Source: a virus. From it: a DNA stretch of 64,000 bases. How positions within the stretch are numbered: position 1 is the first letter of the stretch; each line of letters starts with the position of its first letter. The position numbers and the translations under genes are program-made. Shown here piece after piece: positions 60,077-64,000 of the stretch. Where the stretch lies: IMG/VR virus record IMGVR_UViG_3300023296_001674; one strand, written 5' to 3'. The notes under the pieces were generated by a model that saw only the letters and a program-made list of their open reading frames with translations, did no database searches and was not told where the DNA came from.

Positions 60077-61098
60077 TGCACCCATATATGTTTGTTTTAA
60101 AACTTGCGACACTTAAAAAAATGGCTGATAAAAAAACGGTGTTGCGCGGTGCAGCGGTAGATGGATGCATCAATTTATTTGAAGGTTTTCAATTAGCGTT
60201 TGATAAAAAACGAGTATTTCATGTTAAAAGTGTGCCATTGATTGAAATAGATGAAACAATGTCACAAGATGAAATAACCGAAAATGGAACATACACTTGG
60301 GATATGTTTAAGGCGTTGGTTGGTTTATTAGAAAAAAATGATATTGATGAAGAAACGAAAAAAACGCTATTATATGAAGCGTGTGAACAATCGGGAATAT
60401 TAGAATGGAATGGATTCTATCGTCCCATACTCATGAAAAATATTAAATGTGGGGTAATGCCAAAAACAATAAACGCGATATTGGATGAATTCGGCGGAAC
60501 GGCATTGAAATATAAAATACCAATATGGAAAATACAACGAATACATCAAAATGGATTACATGTAGGTGAAAAATATGTAGAACCATTATTAGATGGCAAA
60601 CGAGCAATCACGATTGTAAATAAAGAATTAAAAATTGCTCAAATGTTTTCTGAAACTGGTGTATTAATAAAAACCCACAAAATAGATTTGGAACCATTGG
60701 CAGAATTGTCATATCAATTTCCAGCAAGTATGGTATTCGATGGTAATATAATCGATAGAAGTTATGGTGAACTTATGGATAAATCTGGAACCGATTCATA
60801 TTATGCGATATATGACATTATTCCGTTATCTGATTTTGAAAAAAGTTATTGCCCAATGGCGCTAACAGATCGAAAAAATACATTAAATGACCTTAACCTC
60901 ATTCTACGCGAAGAAACGAATGGGCAGATATATGTCCTACCGTCTTTACTGATGGATTTTTCTGCTGAAAATAAAGAAAAGAAACTAAAAGAAATTTCCG
61001 ATGAAATAAAAAATGCCGGATTTAAAGCATCAGTTGTCAAAGATAGCAAATCATTCTACACTTGTGCACGCGATTTATCATGGTTCAAAACACAATAA
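60076..61098 (+). CDS. ATP-dependent DNA-ligase-like nucleotidyltransferase-domain protein with non-canonical active-site residues
   Basis: By-eye alignment to T7-type ligase. YVEPLLDGKRA versus motif I KxDGxR (Leu at the Lys position), MVFDGNII versus DGE, YAIYDIIPL, GFKASVVKD versus EGLIVK, SWFKTQ versus WxKxK. No OB domain. ATGA-type overlap with the carbamoyltransferase gene. Confidence 0.5.
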   Translation: MHPYMFVLKLATLKKMADKKTVLRGAAVDGCINLFEGFQLAFDKKRVFHVKSVPLIEIDETMSQDEITENGTYTWDMFKALVGLLEKNDIDEETKKTLLYEACEQSGILEWNGFYRPILMKNIKCGVMPKTINAILDEFGGTALKYKIPIWKIQRIHQNGLHVGEKYVEPLLDGKRAITIVNKELKIAQMFSETGVLIKTHKIDLEPLAELSYQFPASMVFDGNIIDRSYGELMDKSGTDSYYAIYDIIPLSDFEKSYCPMALTDRKNTLNDLNLILREETNGQIYVLPSLLMDFSAENKEKKLKEISDEIKNAGFKASVVKDSKSFYTCARDLSWFKTQ

Positions 61099-61128
61099 TA
61101 AAAAATCTATACTTGGTTATTATTTAAG

Positions 61129-61157
61129 TTGACTTATAGTTGGCGATTCATTATTAT
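61129..61157 (+). promoter_or_regulatory. Sigma70 promoter
   Basis: TTGACT 61129-61134, 17 nt, TATTAT 61152-61157. Confidence 0.65.
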
Positions 61158-61191
61158 GTATCTACATTAATTAACTAGGAGATACAAAATA

Positions 61192-61461
61192 ATGGCTTTA
61201 GATTCATTAACACCAGATAACACAACCGCAATTAAACAAACTATTGAAGCAGGCGTTCAAGTATTGCGCGAAGTGGATACACTAAAAGAAGATATGAAAG
61301 TCTATGTAACAAATCTTTCCGAAGAATTGGACATCAAACCGGCAACCGTATCAAAGGCAATTCGTCTAGCGCATAAAAACGAGAAAGATGATGCCATCAA
61401 ACAAGCACAAGAAGAAATGACTGATGTAGAATTGATTCTACACGCTGCTGGAAAAATATAA
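61192..61461 (+). CDS. Hypothetical protein
   Basis: ORF track; RBS AGGAGA. Confidence 0.7.
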   Translation: MALDSLTPDNTTAIKQTIEAGVQVLREVDTLKEDMKVYVTNLSEELDIKPATVSKAIRLAHKNEKDDAIKQAQEEMTDVELILHAAGKI

Positions 61462-61538
61462 TAATCAGTGTTGGTTAGACACTTTAACTGTAACCAAAAC
61501 TTTAAAGTCACTCGGGACATAAACCGAGAAGGATAAGA

Positions 61539-64000
61539 ATGACATACGTAGACGCAATAAAAGTTAAAGATACCATTTATATCGCAGAACGCGATGCTAA
61601 TGGAAAAAGGATAACACAACAATATCCAGCAACATATACACTATATAAGAAACAGCCACATGGCGAACATACTTCTATCTATGGTGATTCGTTAACGAAA
61701 TACACATTCGGAACATATCAAGACCATAGAAATGCGGTGAATGGTGCGCAACCTAGCACATTATTCGAACATGATATTAATCCAGTTTTCAGTTTTCTTG
61801 AAGAACACTATTCTAATGCTCCATTGCCTATGTTGCATGTTGCATTTTTTGATATTGAGGTCGACTTTGATCCTAATATTGGTTTCTCAAGTCCTGAAGA
61901 CCCATATTGTGCTGTGAATGCTATATCGGTGCATCAATCTTGGACGGGGCAAAACCATACGGTTGTTTTGAAACCAAAAACCATAAGAAAAACACTTATG
62001 ATTAATGGCAAAGAAGTGACTAAACTAGTTCCGTTAACAGAAGAAGAAGCAGTAGAAATATGCAATAAATTCGAAAATACCATATTATGTAGAGATGAAA
62101 TCGAATTATATAATAAATTTTTCGAATTGATATATGATGCGGATATTTTAAGTGGATGGAACAGCACCGGATTTGATATACCATATTTGGTTAGACGATT
62201 AGAAAAAATCAAACATACCGAAAAAAATAAGAAGTTTTGTTTATGGGATCAAAAACCCAGAAAAAGAAATTTTGAAAAATTCGGTAAAGAGCAATTCACA
62301 TATGATTTGTTTGGTCGTGTTCATTTGGACTATCTTGATTTGTATCAAAAACATACGTATCACGAAATGCACAGTTATAGTCTAGATGCTGTTGGCGAGT
62401 ATGAAGTTAAAGAACGCAAAGTAGCATATGCTGGAAGTTTGGATATGCTATATAAGGCGGATTTTGAAAAATTTATCGAATATAACCGTCAAGACGTTAT
62501 GGTGTTAGTTAAAATCGATAAGAAAAACAAATTCATCGAGTTATCCAATAACCTTGCGCACGAAATGACTGTAACATTGCAGACTACACTTGGTTCTGTT
62601 GCGTTGATAGAATCAGCCATATGTAAGGAAATACATTCTCAGGGGCTGATAGCACCAAGTAAGAAAAAACCTTCTGGTGAGTCAACGTCGGTGGCTGGTG
62701 CCTATGTTGCTACCCCTATTAAGGGTTTGCATAATTGGGTTGGTAGCGTAGATATCAATTCGTTATATCCTTCGGTTATTCGAGCACTCAATATAAGCCC
62801 TGAAACAATAGTTGGTCAGATCAGATTAACAGAGACAATGACACACATTTCAGATTATTTGAATGAAAAATCAACCAATACGTTAGCAGAAGCGTGGGGG
62901 GATTTCTTTGGTGTTCATGAATACAATAAATTGATGAGAAAATCTCCTGATGAGAAAATCATTGTAGATTTAGAAGATGGGTCGGCATTAGAACAATCTG
63001 TCGAAGATTGGTTTAATTCTATACACGATGAAGATTCAAGTATGTGCGTAAGTAGTAATGGGACATTATTCAGAATAGACAAAAAAGGCATTATTCCAGG
63101 TTTGCTTGAACGTTGGTATAATGAACGCGTTATTATTCGCAAAGAAGCATCGGATATGTATAAGCAAGTAGAAAATATGGAAGATGGTCCCGAAAAGGAT
63201 GAACTTAATAAACAAATAGCATTCCGTGATCAACGACAATTGATTAAAAAGATTTTGCTTAACAGTTTGTATGGTGCGTTACTTAATCCATATTGTAGAT
63301 TTTTTGATCAACGTATGGGACAGTCAGTTACATTAACTGGGCGTTGTATTACCAAACACATGATGTCAAAAATGAATGAAATATTTACCGGTGAATATGA
63401 TCATGAAGGTGAATCGATAATTTATGGCGATACTGATTCTGCATATTTCTCCGCGTATCCAATTTTCAAAGATATAAAAGATTTTGACTGGTCTGCGGAT
63501 AATATAATTGAATTATATGATACCGTATCAAGTCAAATGAATGAATCGTTTCCGGGTTATATGGTAGATGCGTTTCATACATCATTAGAAAACGGAAAGA
63601 TAATTGAAGCAGGGCGCGAAGTTATTGCACAGAAAGGTGTATTCATTAAAAAGAAACGTTATGCTTTATTATGTAATGATATTGAAGGTAGACGTTTTGA
63701 TCAAGGTGATGAACCAGGAAAAATGAAAGCGATGGGCGTTGAACTTAAACGTTCTGATACACCCGCAAGCATTCAAGTGTTTCTAAAAGACACATTAATG
63801 ATGGCACTATCTGGTTCCAGCGAAGAAGAAATTAGATTATACATTAAAGATTTCCGTGAAGATTTTAGATCATGGGATGGATGGAATAAAGGCGCACCAA
63901 AACGCGTCAACAATCTTACAGAAAAAGTCGATAAAGAAAAAACGTTGGGAATGAGAACCAGCATGGCAGGACATCAACGTGCATCAATGGCATGGAATGA
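61539..64000 (+). CDS. Family B DNA polymerase (partial; continues beyond window end)
   Basis: Not in the ORF track (no stop within the window). ATG 61539 after GAAGGA. Exo I FFDIEV, motif A DINSLYPSVI, KKILLNSLYG, motif C YGDTDS (63424). Confidence 0.9.
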   Translation, partial: MTYVDAIKVKDTIYIAERDANGKRITQQYPATYTLYKKQPHGEHTSIYGDSLTKYTFGTYQDHRNAVNGAQPSTLFEHDINPVFSFLEEHYSNAPLPMLHVAFFDIEVDFDPNIGFSSPEDPYCAVNAISVHQSWTGQNHTVVLKPKTIRKTLMINGKEVTKLVPLTEEEAVEICNKFENTILCRDEIELYNKFFELIYDADILSGWNSTGFDIPYLVRRLEKIKHTEKNKKFCLWDQKPRKRNFEKFGKEQFTYDLFGRVHLDYLDLYQKHTYHEMHSYSLDAVGEYEVKERKVAYAGSLDMLYKADFEKFIEYNRQDVMVLVKIDKKNKFIELSNNLAHEMTVTLQTTLGSVALIESAICKEIHSQGLIAPSKKKPSGESTSVAGAYVATPIKGLHNWVGSVDINSLYPSVIRALNISPETIVGQIRLTETMTHISDYLNEKSTNTLAEAWGDFFGVHEYNKLMRKSPDEKIIVDLEDGSALEQSVEDWFNSIHDEDSSMCVSSNGTLFRIDKKGIIPGLLERWYNERVIIRKEASDMYKQVENMEDGPEKDELNKQIAFRDQRQLIKKILLNSLYGALLNPYCRFFDQRMGQSVTLTGRCITKHMMSKMNEIFTGEYDHEGESIIYGDTDSAYFSAYPIFKDIKDFDWSADNIIELYDTVSSQMNESFPGYMVDAFHTSLENGKIIEAGREVIAQKGVFIKKKRYALLCNDIEGRRFDQGDEPGKMKAMGVELKRSDTPASIQVFLKDTLMMALSGSSEEEIRLYIKDFREDFRSWDGWNKGAPKRVNNLTEKVDKEKTLGMRTSMAGHQRASMAWN

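Noticed and set aside
1-64000. Prophage or integrative element interpretation
   Set aside because: There is no integrase, repressor/Cro pair, att-like repeat or flanking bacterial housekeeping gene. The content is entirely phage-like (homing endonucleases, fibres, polymerase, endolysin).

Overview
This window looks like part of a large virulent dsDNA phage genome. I saw no rRNA, tRNA, CRISPR array, integrase or att-like feature. All calls come from reading the sequence and ORF track by eye and from remembered family motifs; no searches were run.

Left part (1 to ~32.8 kb): an early-type, hyperplastic region.
- About 75 small, mostly orphan genes, almost all on the + strand.
- Nearly every gene has its own near-consensus sigma70 promoter (TTGACx-17-TATAAC class) and an AAAGGAA-type RBS. 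Many are followed by a hairpin terminator.
- Recognisable genes: three paralogous Zn-ribbon/Vsr-like homing endonucleases, an HNH endonuclease, a SprT-like protease, a UvrD-like helicase, a macrodomain protein, a glycine-zipper lipoprotein and an ArdC-like protein.

Boundary (32.76-33.14 kb): a noncoding iteron/palindrome block marks a switch in composition and gene organisation.

Right part (33-64 kb): visibly more AT-rich, with genes on both strands.
- ParB-like protein, two GIY-YIG homing endonucleases, P-loop kinase, DUF1178-like protein, PPP phosphatase and M15 endolysin.
- Dam-type methyltransferase with an adjacent candidate restriction enzyme.
- Three tail-fibre-like proteins and a RyR-domain protein.
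- An operon with a truncated GluRS-like enzyme, a metallophosphoesterase, a NodU/CmcH carbamoyltransferase and a ligase-like protein.
- The start of a family B DNA polymerase, which runs off the window end.

Most interesting unexplained signals:
1. A 13-copy promoter family whose predicted first transcribed bases are an invariant AGGGAGGGATGA. It is followed by a T-run that encodes a conserved MSFFW-type micro-ORF. Seven copies fire antisense into terminators.
2. Several terminator-bounded small-RNA candidates.
3. Promoter-embedded palindromes with compensatory arm variation.
4. The iteron block at 33 kb.
5. The tRNA/nucleic-acid-modification-like operon next to the polymerase.
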